From: Lepidodermella squamata
Taxonomy: Eukaryota; Animalia; Gastrotricha
DNA length: 64,000 nt
NCBI GenBank assembly: GCA_047495785.1
Contig: JBLDXI010000055.1
Location: 992,001-1,056,000, forward strand
Reading direction: 5' to 3'
Notes under the pieces: model-generated
The model's database searches: none
The model's input: the letters and a program-made list of their open reading frames with translations, nothing else
What the model was told of the DNA's origin: nothing
Shown: positions 42,314 through 56,656 of the stretch, piece by piece
How positions within the stretch are numbered: position 1 is the first letter of the stretch
Layout of the letters: every line of letters begins with the position of its first letter
Translations under genes and position numbers: made by a program

Positions 42314-44091
42314 CTACCGTGAACTTTCATCCCTTCTCATGACACAGCGCCTCGCGATGATAAAGTAAACTACGAAAAGCATTGTTGCACTGCACAGGAT
42401 TAAAACTCCTGAAGCGGTGAAAATCATGTCAAATGTTGCGAAGAGCCCTAGCAATGGCGGTCCGATCAAGATTGCAATACCCTCTGCAGCAATCAGAGCT
42501 CCGAAAGTAAACGAAAGCTGCTCAATCGGGACAATATCTGACAGTATGGGCGTGATGAATGTTTGACTGCCGCCGAGTAGAAAGGTGAATTGAAATACTG
42601 TGAAGGCTAACATGAAGAAATTGCTCGCGAAAAGAGGCGATAAAACCATGATTGAGCCTTTTATCGTAAGCATGGAAATGAGCAAAGGAAATCGATGTTT
42701 ACCCAGCAAGTCACTAATCATTCCGAGCGTAGGACGACCGAACATTGAACCGAAACCGCACATGGACAATAGGATTGTTCTTTGCTCGGCTGAAAAACCT
42801 AGCTGGCGACCCCATCCGTCGACATATACTGGAACAATTTACGTGATTAAAGTATTTTGACCAATGTTGGCAACTTACGAGCTGGTGTGAAGAAGGTTAT
42901 GCCCTTGAGAAAGTTAGCGATAAAGAACGCGGTGAACATTGGATTCTTGAAATGAACAAGCAGATTTCTGATTGATTGAGCAATCCCTATCTGGCCATAA
43001 GTAGGTTCAGAATCAATATCTGACTTGGAAGCAACCAAGGATTTCTGGTGGTCTGACGGCACGTCGTCATTATCCAAGGAGGGCAATAAAGCAATCGGAA
43101 AAATTTCAGAATTAGCTGGAGAAATTCTGCCCGCAAGCAATAACGTTGCTTTTGAGGTTGCTATTTCAACATTCGAAGGTTTTCCAATTTGAGAAATCTG
43201 ACGTTGCCGAATTGTACTCAATCTTCGCCGGCGTTGTGATTCTTGGCTGATTTGCCATTGCAGTCTGTGAATCATATTTACCGGTAAAACCTCCGAGGAA
43301 TATAAAAGACTAGTGGATCGCTTCACGAGCCTCATCGAATGCTCTGTATCCTCGATCTCTTCCTTTTCTTCTAAATTGTTATCTAATTCAGCTGGAACTT
43401 TACGATTGATCAGGAGGGTCGCAGCTGCCAATGCATTTAGCTGAATTGCAGCAGTTAGAAACATCGCTCCTCTCCAATCGTAAACTGAGATGAGGAAACG
43501 TTGCCCGTATGGAATGATAAAATTCCCCATCGCTAGTCCGATACCACCCAAAGCTGAAGCTATAGTCAGCCTTTTCTTGAAGTAGGTTGAAATTAATATT
43601 AGGACAGGCAAATACACGAAAGAAATTCCGATTCCTTGATTGAAAAAAATTAAAACCAATACGATAATGAAGGTGGAGTTTCGAACCTGAGATAACTCCG
43701 AAGGTGAAGTAGAGGTAGAAGAAATTAGGTGCGAAAGATGAGGCAACAAAAGCCGTAAATACCAAACCGCTGCCAGCGGCAACTGTCAGTCTGGTGCCGA
43801 ACCTTTGCTGCAACAAGCTGGCGACTGGGCCCAGCAAGCATTGTAAACTATAGGCTATACTTGCGATTGCACTGACTTCAGATTTTGAACAGCCAAATTC
43901 TTGGACCAAAATGTCCGCGTAAATGCCAAAGCAATAAACAGTTGACATAGAAAGGAAATTCGCAATGTACCCCATTGCAACGACCACCCATCCGTATCCT
44001 TCGATTTGGTATCAATAGCAAGGTTTCATCGGTGATAGTGAGAATTCTTACCTCCATCAGGCGGGGCGGTTTTTGCGCTGGCTTGGGGCAT
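42314..44091 (-). CDS. SLC16-family transporter d (multi-exon)
   Basis: APPDGG|YGWVV, YFKKRLTIA, YDWRGAMFL, GSMFGRP. Confidence 0.9.
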
Positions 44092-44260
44092 TATCAAGAA
44101 AGCTAAGAATGTTTTACTCGAGTTTCCTAAAGTTTTCACTATCACTTTAGTATATTTTTAGGCGGCAAATAGATAAGAAAAACGGAATGATATGCAACGG
44201 GTACAAAACGTTGAGGCTGAATTTATTGAAATCGCTTTTGAAGGCAAAATCCAGTAGAGA

Positions 44261-46136
44261 TCATTTTGTAATATTTTTGCCGGCTGTTTTACAAGAGCTT
44301 CCAAAAACGAAGTTCACAACGAAAAGCATTGTTGCACTACTAAGCATCAAGATACCGGCTGCCATGAATGTCAAGCCGTAAGTTGGCAGAAGGCCAAGTA
44401 GAGGAGGTCCGCTAAGGATTGCGATTCCTTCGGCAGCTATCAGTACTCCGAAGGTGAAGGACAGCTCTTCGACTGGAACGAGGCTTGATAGAATAGGTGT
44501 CATGAAGGTTTGGCCACCTCCGATCATGAAACAGTATTGGAAGATGTAAGCAGCTAGCATGTAGTAATTGTTCGCGATTAGTGGAGAGATGACTGATAAA
44601 GCACCATTCACTCCGACCATCATGATGAGCATCTGCAGACGATATTTTGGGAATTTGTCGCCGAGCACTGCCATTGTTGGGCGGCCAATAATTGACCCGA
44701 AACCACACAGCGAAAGTAGGATTGTTCGTTGCTCAGAGGAGTAACCCAAAGTACCCGCCCAACCGACAGTGAACACTGTTATAAGGACAAAATGTTTATA
44801 AGCTAATGACTTATTGAGATTGCGAACTCACATCCAGGAACAAAGAAAGTGATTCCTTTGAGGAAATTCGCCAGAAAGAACGATGAAAAAGCTTTGTTTT
44901 TGAAATGGGGAATCAGGCGCCTGAATGTCAATGCAATTTGACTCTGTTCCTTAGCAGTTTCCTCTAAGATAGGTGGGTCGATTACCGATTCGTTTCTTTG
45001 AAAACCAAGTATTGCCTCGAGTCTTGACAAGTTACTCATGTTACTCTTCCGAGATGTCACGCTAATCGCTCTTTCGCCATTAATTTTCCCCTCGTAATCA
45101 GGCTCTTCGATGATGGCTCCAGAAACAGGCGAGGAAGGTTGGCGGGAAAATTTCTTATTAACGGGCGTTCTCTTCTCGAATGCTGAGACTGAACGCCCAA
45201 ATGAGGGCCTCGTGTCAGGGGTTGATGCCTCCTGAATGTCTCCTAACACCCTGTCCTGATCAAAGGCTCTGCTCATCTTCTGGGATCTTTGGCTGATTTG
45301 TCTAGACAGCAGATGGGCAGATGTGAAATGAACAACATCTGAGCTGTACAAATGGCTGATTGATCGTTTCAAATGCTTGAGGTTTTCATTGTCATCCGTT
45401 GTAGCTGTTTCGAGATCACCTCCAGAGACGAGTTCAACGGGATCAAAACTTCGCATCAGCAAGGCAGCTGGGAGAGTGTTAAGCTGGATTGCTCCTGCGA
45501 TAAGCATTGCTCCTCGCCATCCGTATACGCCGGTGAGGAATCGGAATAAAAATGGATGGACAAAGCTGCCGACCGCTACACCGATGGTTCCGAGAGCAGT
45601 CGCCGAAGCCAGTCTTCGCTTGAAGTAAAGTGATATCAAAATCACAGTAGGCAGGTAAATAAGAGAAATTCCAACGCCTGTGTATACAAAAAGTAGATCC
45701 ATGGCAAGGTAAGCTTTGATAACTTTACCAGCAAGAAGGCCATAAGTTAGATATAATAGGTAGTGGCTATTGACTAGAGAAGAAGATACAAAGGCACTGA
45801 ATACAACAATGCTACCGCTTGAGACTATTATCTTTGAGCCGAATCTTTGTTGTAACAAACTGACGAAAGGTCCGAGTAGGCATTGAACACTGTAGGCTAT
45901 ACTAGCGACCGCGCTGATTTCGGCTTTCGAGCAGCCGAATTCTGCCATCAACACATCTGTGAAAATGCCGAAGCTGAAAATGGTTCCTATTGATAGAAGA
46001 GAGGCTACAAATGAAGCTCCAACGATAACCCAGCCGAAGCCTATAAAATTGGATTATGGTAAATTTTAAGCAATTTTGTCATTTTCTCACCTCCATCGGG
46101 TGGCTCCGATTTCTTGTCCTGGTCTGTTTTAGGCAT
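44261..46136 (-). CDS. SLC16-family transporter e (multi-exon)
   Basis: EPPDGG|FGWVIV, YFKRRLASA, YGWRGAML, GSIIGRP. Confidence 0.9.
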
Positions 46137-46375
46137 AAGCTTAGCTATTCTGGCGTCATTTTACTGTAACCAAATTCGTATTGTTTTATCGCATGTGAAA
46201 AGCGCATATGAACTAGATAGATAAAAAAACGTAAAAGCACTGAGCCAAACGTATAGTGTATTGAAGCCGTAAAAAGCATGTGGAGATCACGTGGCCTAAG
46301 TAAACATGAAGAGCGAGAAAAATAGCCGTTCTGCAATTAATATACTACTGTGGTAGTGAACAAGGCTGGAGCCTT

Positions 46376-46423
46376 TGAAAATGAAAATGAAATGAAATGA
46401 AATGAAATGAAATGAAATGAAAT
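46376..46423 (+). repeat. (TGAAA)n pentanucleotide microsatellite
   Basis: About nine units; located at the 3' end of the adjacent minus-strand LINE relic. Confidence 0.9.
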
Positions 46424-47190
46424 TGATTTTGTTGTTTAACTTACCCGTGACTGAGCGTCTATACCCGTTCGGGTTTTGAGGAAGGCGAAGGCAAGGAAAA
46501 CCAAAAGAAACCAGTCAGCCCCACGTCCGAAAATAATTTGCCTTTGTTAAACAATCTTAAAAAATCTTCCAAAGTCTCGACTATTTTTCGCCATTCGTCT
46601 CGCTCTAATGCAGTTTCGGTCAATGTCTAATCAACAATATTTTCGACCATTAACGGTTACATTGCTACCATCCTGTTACGGGGCCTACCACGGGTCCCAT
46701 CTGTTTTTTCTCCTTCGGTTATAAGGCCTATTTGGACTTCTCTCGACAGAATCTAGCCACCTAGTTCGAGGTCTCCCCACCAGTCTCTGCCATTAGGCGC
46801 TTCACCCTTATCGTCAACATACGTTTCCATCCTTATTATATACCCTAGATAAATAAGGCGTTGTTTTTCAATTAACCTTCCGACTTCGATAATGCTGCCG
46901 CACATTGATAGCCCGATATCTATGTTTGGAATATAGTCCACTACTGTAATTCCTATAATAATGCATCGCAGCCGCTTATATTTTTGGGTATTTAGGGCCA
47001 TTTCTTCGTCCTCAGTCATATTCCACGACTCGTATTTTAAAAATTTTAGTTTTACCGCCAATGAAACATGTTTTCGGTTGCTCATAAATTTACTTATCGC
47101 GCCAAAGCATCTACCCGCTTTCGCAATGCGCAGTTCCTCACCAATCTTACCATCAGCAGTTACGATGTTACCTAAATGCCTTGAACGACC
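46424..47190 (-). mobile_element. 5'-truncated, decayed non-LTR retrotransposon (RTE-like C-terminus)
   Basis: Fragments HLGNIVTADG..RIAKA..F, KHVSLAVKLK, YESWNMT, KQRLIYLGYIIRM, TRGRPR; short-tandem-repeat tail. Confidence 0.7.
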
Positions 47191-47590
47191 TTACTTTTTC
47201 AAGGTTCGAAAAGGCCATAGAAGAGGCATGGAAAGTAAGAAAAAACTCGTATTTTATTTCAAAAATTAGTTTAAAAAAGTGTCCCAGTATATAAAAGGTT
47301 ATTCGGCTGGTAAATCCCGGTATAAGCTTCATCGAACAGCATGTAAACCGAAAATGATGTTCATGTGTTAAATGTGGCCCGAGAATAATTCGTGTTTACA
47401 GCTCCCAGCGCGAAACTCAAGTGACGCGTGAAAAGTTGAGTTCAAGTGCGAGTTTCAATGCGTATCCTATATGATGATATACTTACCTTGTTTTTTACCT
47501 GCCAATAGCATTTTCATGTTAAAATTAATTGCTTATAGGGTTAGCTCAAAAGGAAGCTTTTACAGTTTTTGACAACAAAAGTCACTTTCA

Positions 47591-50500
47591 ATGGTGGAAT
47601 TCGGCGAGTCAGCCCTATCGGCAGCCGACTATGTGGTTTTCGCCGCAAGCCTTCTAGTTTGTGCTGCAGTTGGGGCCTATTACGCAATAGCTGAACAGCT
47701 ACGTTCATCAATGCCGGCACCTATTGCTAGGCTCGTTCAGGCCTGGAAAGCGCTGGAATCATCACTATATAGCACTTTCAGATGTAAGAAATCTAAGCCT
47801 GAAGTGTCGATGAGGCACAACGAATCCAGTGCTACGATTACTACGACAGAATACTTTATGGCAAACCGCCAGCTTTCATTCATTCCAACCGTCTTCTCGA
47901 CTTTCGCCAGCTTCTTCTCCGCCATCGGATTGCTTGGCATTCCGGCAGAAATTTACTCGTATGGCACAATGCCGATTTTAGGGACATTGGCGTTTCTCCC
48001 AGCATCATTTGTCGTAGCGCTGGTTTTCATCCCTATTTACTATCGCAATAACTTTTCCAGCGTTTTTGAGGTGAGGTGATGTACCCTGAATCTCCCTAAT
48101 CCATTCCAAACAAATTATACTGCAGTATATCGAGAAACGATTCGAATCAGTGTTCCTCAGGAAAATGACTACTACGATATCAGCTTTGTCAGCGGTAATT
48201 TCGCCATTTATTGAGATGGATTTAAAGCTAGTCTTGAATCAGATCGCCTATTCTGCTGTTTGTGCTTACATTCCATGCGTGGCGTTCCAACAAGGTTCGA
48301 TTGACATTTGGTGTGACAATTATAGCCAGGTTTTTTCATTTTACTAGCCACTGGTGTTCCCGAGTGGATTCTTGTGATATTGACTGGCGTGGTTACAGTC
48401 TTCTACACGTCTTTGGTAACATAGTTTTTGCCATGATATGCTCGCTTTCCTAATCGTTCGAACTTGCTCATAACCTTCCAGGGAGGTCTGAGGTAAGCGT
48501 TGGCTTTTATCCACTGCAATATCTCATCTTTTTCTTAACAGAGCCGTGGTGATAGTTGACACAATTCAGGTAAGCATGACGCTTAAAATTTGGTTATTAG
48601 GCTAATTTTCCGTAAATAAGGCCCTGATCATGTTTGGCGGATTCATCGCAGTTTTGATTGTCGTAAGTTGGGTAGAAATGTCTCAAATCTAAATTCTCTA
48701 ATTTTTTCCTCAATGAAAAGGGAGCCATCGAAGTCGGAGGAATCGAACGGGCATGGAAGATAGCAGATGAAAGTGGCCGAATAGCTCTAACGGAGTAAAG
48801 ACTTATAGAATTTTTGTTACCGGTGACCGAATCCAATCACATTTTGTGCAGCTTTCGGCACGATTTGACGATTACTCACACTTTCTGGTCGGTATTTTTC
48901 GGCGGAGTAACTTATTTTTGTGCGGCGATGAACAATCAGGCTACACTTCAAAGATCCTGCTCTCAAAGCTCGCTCACAAAAGCAATGATGTAACCTATGA
49001 GCTTGATCAAGAGAACTTTAGAACTAAATTCGTTCTATTGCTTTTAAAGGTCCATGATTGGAATCGGACCACTCGTGGCGCTACTTGTGATTATTCTGTG
49101 GTTCAGCACTCTAATCGCCTACGCTTATTTCAATGAAGTTGTTGGATGTGATCCTTTCGCAAAAGGCATTCTCACCTCTCCGAATCAGGTTTGAAATAAA
49201 TTTTACCAATTATTTTTCTTACCTGATTTGTCCGCAGATTATGTCGTATTTTGTGACAGTTCTCATGCCATACCCTGGATTTCTCGGTCTCTACTTCGCC
49301 AGCATATTTTCAGGCGCCCTCAGCTCACTGTCAACTTGCTATAACACAGTTTCTTCGATGATTTGGGAAGATTGGATGAAAAGTTATCTCGAGCCGAAGT
49401 TGACCAGACGTCAAATCAGTGTTGTAATCAAAGTTCTGGCAACGGTTGTAGGTGTCTTAGCTTCGATCTTAGCCCTACTTTGCAAATACGTTGGAGGAAC
49501 TGCTATTCGCGTAAATTTTACCCCACTGGCATCCTAATTTTCTGATCATTTCTGACCTTAGATAACTGTCTCGTTTGTTTCGGCCTTTTCGGGTACAATT
49601 TTTTCTGTATTCGTTGCAGCAGCATTTTTTCCCTTTCTGACGTCATTAGTAAGTGAAGTAAAAGTTGGACCAAATGAAACCTTACCCCTATCAAACAGTC
49701 TGTATCCATCGGACTAGTTGCCGGTATTCCATTCGTGCTATGGGTCATCATTTCGCAAATTGTGCTTAAATTGGGATTCTATCCGAAACTGCCGTACACC
49801 GCCACAGATTGTGCCAATAATCTTACCACCATAGCTCCAATAACTGAGATTTTTCCAACGTAAGTCAAGCCTGATGATCCGTGCCATTAATCGATTTTTC
49901 CATGGATTTTCCAGAACAACAACTCATGTGATACCAGCCGAGCTGCGAAACACTTTGTTCTCACTCTCTTACAATTATTTCGTCGTTTTGTGCATGATAA
50001 CTGTCCTGGGTATAGCGTTCGTCGTAACAGCTATTAGCTGGCTTCTTCGCTGTAAGTTTAACCTAATTTGCTGATCTGAAAATATTACCTGAAATCAAAT
50101 TTTAGTTTGTATGAAGGACAACGAGTGGTTGTGCCGGCCTCGGAAAGTTAATCCGGATTATTTAGTTTATTGGTGGTTCACATCGACCAAGTTTTGCTGC
50201 CGAAAACCTAGCAGTGACGGCATAACAGATGATACTCCAGCTGACAATCAATCTCAAACGCAAGGCATTTCCAATAATTCGTTTTCGGAAGCGGCCCCGG
50301 ACGACCCTGTCGACGACACCGCTAGCTTCAACAGTTACAACTTGAAAACACTTCGATATCAACAACGAGAACCTGAAAGTGGGCCAAGTTCATATGATAA
50401 CATGGTTTACGCAAGCCCTCAATTGAGTTGCCAAGGATCATCGGCCGATCTGAGCTATCGAACCCATCCAGCCAGCTTCATCAGTGATCGGCCTCCAGAT

Positions 50501-50626
50501 TACTTTGCGGCGGTGGCTCCTGCTTATAGCTGGAATTGCCAACTTCAAATGGCACCAAGAGCAAATGGCAACTTCAATTTGTATGCGAAGAAATCGCCAT
50601 CCGGAAGGTTGGCAACGGACGTTTAA
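47591..50626 (+). CDS. SLC5 sodium:solute symporter, SMCT/SMVT-like (~15 exons)
   Basis: DYVVFAASL, EYFMANR, LLGIPAEIYSYG, GGLRAVVIVDTIQ, PGFLGLYFASIFSGALSSLS..IWED. Confidence 0.9.
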
Positions 50627-50771
50627 ACCTAATGCTGTTTTACACATTATTCTGAATCCTAACAGTCAAAAACTGCAGAACATTTCAAGTAGCCTTTATC
50701 AACTTTTTAATAAAACAAACTTCCAACAAAAAAATGATTCATAAGAGAATTGGCAATTATTATCAATTTAT

Positions 50772-53277
50772 TCAAGCAGTTGCGTCATCGCCGGTCGCCT
50801 GATCTTCTTCGGATCTTCTTTTACTCGGCGATGCGTATTTGCAGATGCTGACCATAACGGCTCGAATCAGATAACCCGCGTAGGCAACGACGAGTAGTAC
50901 GACAGCGCTTGATAGCATGATGATTCCAGCAGCTGTGAAGGTTGTTTCATAGCTTGGGAACAGCCCTAAAAGCGGCGGGCCAATCAATATCGAAGCGCCC
51001 TCAGCTGCGATGAGAACGCCGAAAGCAAAGCCAAGGTCTTGAAGCGGCACCATATCGGCTAGAATCGGTGTTAGCATGGTCTGGCCTCCGCCGATGAGAA
51101 ACGCGAATTGAAACACGAAAAACGCGAGGTAGTAGAAGTTGGGAAATATTGTTGTGCCCACCGTCGCGAAGCCGTTCAGCGCAACCATTGCTGCGAGTAG
51201 GCCTATGCGATACTGCGAGAGAAGATCGCTGACAAAGGCCATCATTGGCCGGCCGATAATATTTCCGATTCCAACCAGAGAAATGAGCAAAGTCGTTTGC
51301 TCAACAGGGATACCTAGCTGCTTGCCCCATCCGACGATAAACACTGCGAAATTACTATTAAAATAGCCATTATATTATCGAATTTTCTGACTTACTTGAT
51401 GGAGTGTAATAAATAAGGCCTTTAAGGAAGTTTGACAGGAAAAATGCAGAAAATTTCGGGTTTCGAAAATGACAAAAATACGGCCTCATGAACTTTAAGA
51501 ACCGGTTTGGAACTTGAGGCGGCTCTTTAACAGTCGATGGTGATGGTTCCGATCGTTCATCTTCTTCAGCAGCGTCCACGGTATCAGCTATTACAAGTGA
51601 TGATTCTAAAATTTGTTTCAAAGCATTTTCGTTATCAGCCGTCTCTTCGTCCTCCTTGATTTGATGCTCGCTGATTTTACTGCGTTGGCGAGATGGCAAC
51701 CGCTTGATTGGAGGAGGAGGAGGCGCTGTTGCCTCTTTTTCAGCCTCGTCAGACGGCGGTAGTTGATATGGCAAACTTAGCACTGACCCGCCGTATAAAT
51801 TAACGAAAGACGAAAGACGGGATGGGGTTCTTTTCATGTTGACGAACGAAGCTTCGCGTTTCCGCGTAGCCGGGCTCTTTTGCGCCTTATTAACTGGCCG
51901 CGGGGGTAGGACTAGCGGCGACGAGACAGCAGCAGTTTTGTCGCCCTGAGAAATAAACCGCTGCCTTAACAGCGGCGTTTTGCTTTTCACAGGTGGGCCC
52001 TGGGACATCTGCCGCCTTGTCGCGAACATGACAGAACGAGGCGGTGTTTTCGATCGGCTTAGGGTAGTTTTCCCACTCTCGCCACCGCTCTCATCCGCCT
52101 GTGTTCGGAATGCTCGAGCCGTCATGCTTACTGAACGCCCGTACATCGCCACAGTCTCTTCGCCCTCGCCTAGATCGGGTGGATCGGCGAGAAATTTCAC
52201 GGATCCAGCGGCGGCGCTTGATGTCCCGTCAGCTTCGTCGCTTAGCGTCCCGCCGCCTGCTGCTGTATTCTGATCGTCAGATTTCGGCGATCGGGGCTCA
52301 TCATTTTCGCCCACACTGTCCAACCGGCAACCGGCAATATTCTCCTCGATAAAAGCAGTCAAGGCTCCACTAAAATTGATAAAATAGTCGATATTATAAC
52401 AAATGAATGTGTCTCACCTGGAATTAATCGGCTTGATCACTTTGTCGCTGTCTGAATCGGATTTCAGGGGAGCTGTTTCTTCCGACTTCTGATTAGAAAC
52501 TCCAAGCTCAATCTCATCCTTTGGCCGCTTTGTTTTCGAGTACTGACTGACCGGGCGTAATAGTAAAGACACGGCTAGTGAATTGAGTTCCAGTGCGCCT
52601 AGGATGAACAAGGCGCCTCGCCAGTTGTAAACGGAGACCAGAAAGCGAATTAGGTAAGGATGAACAAAACATCCTAAGTAGGCCCCAATGCCGCCAAGGG
52701 CAGTCGCCAGGCTTCGCCTTCGACTAAAATACATCGAAATCATAACATTCACCGGCAAATAAATAAGAGCCATTCCAATCCCTGGAAAAAAAAATCAGCG
52801 AAAATTTAAAAATATTTCTAAAATCGTCAGTCCTCACCTCCAAGAGTTCCAAAGGTGAAGTAAAGGACAATTAAGGTTGGCGCAAATGCTGACGAAATGA
52901 AAGCGACAGCGATGATTAAGACTCCAATGAATACTAATCGGCGAGTTGCGAAACGTTGCTGTAAAACGCTGACGAACGGTCCGAGAAAGCATTGCAGGCT
53001 GAAGGCGATCGATGCGACAACACTGACTTCCGATTTCGTGCATTCGAAATCAGCGATTAGAACATCGAATAAAATGCCGATGCTGTAGATGATTCCGAAT
53101 GATAAAAATGTGATGAGAAAGACGCAAACGACAATAACCCAGCCGAAGCCTAGAAAAAATGAAAAGATTGATATAGGATAGATAGGATTACGGTTTTCAA
53201 TTTGAATAACCTCCATCTGGCGGCTCCGGAGGTAGGCTTGAATCTGACTCGTCATTATCGTCGTTGTCCGCGGTCAT
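50772..53277 (-). CDS. SLC16-family transporter f (very long central loop; multi-exon)
   Basis: EPPDGG|FGWVIV, YFSRRRSLATALG, YNWRGALF, GNIIGRP. Confidence 0.9.
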
Positions 53278-54323
53278 TTAAAGAAACTATAAACAATAAC
53301 TTTGCAATTTTACGTTAACTTTCCTTGCTAAACATAATAGCGGATCGCACGCCTAAAATACTACGTTCATAAATTATCGATTTTTTTCCTATAGGCCATA
53401 ACATCCGTCGATCTCTATGACACGTAATAACAATACTGATATTAATTAGGTTAAAGCATGAATTACACGGCACCATAAGCACGGGAGTGAAATTAGTTGG
53501 ATACTTTATAAACAAAATACGTTACTCGTGTGTCCTAACAACAAAGAACAAACGACAACTCGCAAATAGAACGCTGAAATGACACGCAAGCTCTAAAATA
53601 GGTATTTGGCCAGCTGTTTCCAGACGCAGCATGCAAACACAAAGCTCACGAGTTTAGTCCTCAAACCCTTGACCGATGCGGCTATTTGTGAACATAGAAC
53701 AAAGACAGTCTTATAGGACCAATCGTAATAGAGCAATGAAGGAGATTATTTGAAGGATGAGGTGCTGCATGTATCCAGGCGATGGCTCTAATTTGTTTTC
53801 TTTTTTATGCAATGATCTATTTCACGTAGATCGATTCCTCATTTAAATGATACCGCAGCTACAAGTAATTGAGCTTAAGCATGAGAGAAAATACCTAGCT
53901 CTATTAAATAAATATTGATCCTGCCAACACCGAATAGTACACGGTTTTTGAACTACTAATTTTCCGGACATTACAACATCGTTTAAGGTTGAATAAAATT
54001 TTCCAAGCTCGTTCTGGATTTGATAAAATTGTTTGACGGGCTGTATTCCTGGCTCGTGGAGGGTGTAGGCCGTGGGGAGAGTAGCTCGCAACGACTATAC
54101 ATCATAGTTTTTCTAAATATTATGCTTGATAAGCTCCCCACGTGTGACTCGCACCGAAAGCATGCGAGTAAACAAAACAATGTTTAGTACTCGCGGCCAT
54201 TCATATAAATATATTAGGCGATGATTATCAAGCAAGCGAGACGCCCGAGTTTTTACGCCGCGAAAAACACCTGCGTTTTTATTAATGTTTTATTTATCGT
54301 TTTTTTAGCTTTACGCTGTAGCA

Positions 54324-56187
54324 TCACCGGAAACATGACAATTTTGATGCATAGGTCACAAGTAAGAGAATGATCGCAGATGAAATTAAAATAAGCCCTA
54401 CTGTCGTGAAAATAGCCGAGTATGATGGCAGCAGTCCTAGAATGGGTGGTCCGATCAATACAGCCACCCCCTTCGATGCGATAACCAACCCATAAGCCAA
54501 GCCTAGTTCGGACATTGGAACGATATCGGCTAAAATTGGCGTGAAGAACGTTTGGGCGCCACCCATAAAAAACGCGAATAGAAAAACAAGAAGCGCGAGG
54601 GTGGCAATGTTGGCGAAATTTGCGAGTATCACAGTTGTTGTTCCGTTTATCGCCAATAGTGTCGCCAGAAGTTGGACTCGGCTCTTCGGAAAAGTGTCGC
54701 CGAGAAAAGCCATGATTGGCCGCCCGATAATATTTCCCACGCCTACTATCGAAAACAATGGTGTGATGAGATCGCTTGGGAAATTCAGCTCATTAGCCCA
54801 GCCAACAAGGAAAACTGAAAAAAATGAAAACTTTCGCATAGTCGGTTCACAAATTTAAAAAAATTACGCGATGGCGCAAAGGCAACGAGTCCCTGCAGGA
54901 AATTCGTGAAGCAAATTAGGGAAACTGGTGCGTTTCTGGATCTTCGCAGGCACGACGAAAATTTGAAAATCAGCGACTCTGTCCTACTTCTGCTCGTTTC
55001 CTCATCGTCGCAGCGATGAGTATCAGATGGCCGCTCATCCATTGTCGACTCATCGGCAGCACTAGGCAGTTCGAAGAAAATTTCAGGGCTGTAAATACTG
55101 TTTCTGCTCGCTCTCGAAATGCGACGCAGCGCTTGCCGTGGAATAACCAAATTATGATTCACTCTTGCAGCATCAGCCCTAGACGACCTTCTAGAACTGC
55201 TCGCTGACGAACAGGCGATAGGAAGAAATGCCGAGGCACCGAAATCGGCGGACAATTTCCGGGAAAAGATTGATTGCTTTCTACAGCTGTTCCCAATTAT
55301 TGATGGTTGCCGTATCACAGAACAACGAGGTGTATAGCTGGAACTATGTTCGCTTAACCCTTCAGCTTCTTCTTCGACCCGATCCAATGGCTTGCAAACA
55401 ATACCCGGCGTTTCAGGAATAGCCGAAGAACTGTAAATTTAATAAATATTTCAAAATATCTTTATAGAAGAATTTCTTGCAAACCAACTTTGGCCCGTTC
55501 AAAGTTGGGCATTTGCCATCATATTTGACTGATTCCACATCTAAATTGATAAGGTCGTACCTCTCTCGAATCAGTAGTGACGCGGCTATCGAGTTCAATT
55601 GAAAAGCGCCGAGAATGAACAGTGCCCCACGCCAATCGTAAATGTGAACAAGATACTTTATAAAGTAAGGATGGCCGAAGCAACCGACATAGGCTCCTAT
55701 CCCACCTAGCGCTGTAGCTAGGCTTCGCCTTTCCTCGAAATAAGGCGATATTGCCACAATTACGGGTAGATATATCAGCCCCATTCCGATACCGCACATC
55801 ACGCCGAAGGTGAAGTAGAGACAGGGCAAATTCGGCGCGAAAGACGATGACGTGAGGCCGACTGAAATGAACACGCATCCGATCTGAACAATTGTACGGG
55901 CCTCGATCCAGCGTTGTAGCATGCTTACGAACGGGCCGAGGAATAGCTGCAAGCTAAGGGCTATACTTGCTATTACGCTGACCTCAGATTTCGTACAGCC
56001 AAATTCTTCCATCAAAGAGTCGAAAATTATACTTATCGAGTACATTGAACCGATGCTTAGAAACGTTATGAAGAAGACAGATGCCACGACCACCCATCCG
56101 TATCCTATTTAGTCGATAAAAAAATTGCTGCGTTTTAAGCGGTTAAAGATGAATACCTTCATCGGTTTGTTCAGGTTTGCTCTTCAT
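54324..56187 (-). CDS. SLC16-family transporter g (multi-exon)
   Basis: QTDEG|YGWVVV, YFEERRSLATALG, YDWRGALF, GNIIGRP. Confidence 0.9.
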
Positions 56188-56656
56188 ATAAATGATAAAG
56201 AAAATTCCTTAAGAAAACAACAAAGTTATAGGGCTAAAGCTTGAAAATAGCCATAGGCAATACATCGGATTCGCCTATTTTTTATATATCGAATATCTTC
56301 ACTCTACAGACTTTAATTTGCCGCAAATTTTGTGACTATCACGTGTTATATGTAAAAACTTCGCCTCTGCATGAGTTTCGTGAGATCCGGCGGATGTTTC
56401 AATTTTGTATTATTAAACTGTGTAGAGCTAATGATGTAGAATGATCGAATTGCTAAGTGCTGATAGGAATCAGTGCTTGAATTTTTTCCTAGATTTTTCC
56501 TCTTCAAAAAATGAAACATTTATATTCACTCTAATCAGTTAAATTTATTATTTATTAGATGAAAAGCAGCGAAGTAATCTGACTCGTGCCATTAAGAATG
56601 GTTATTGATTGACAAATCGAACATTCGAGTTAATTAACCTCTTCGAACCTGCGAAG

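Noticed and set aside
47479-47488. ATACTTACCT resembling the U1 snRNA 5' end
   Set aside because: No U1 stem-loops or Sm site follow; better explained by chance or a minus-strand splice-donor-like motif.
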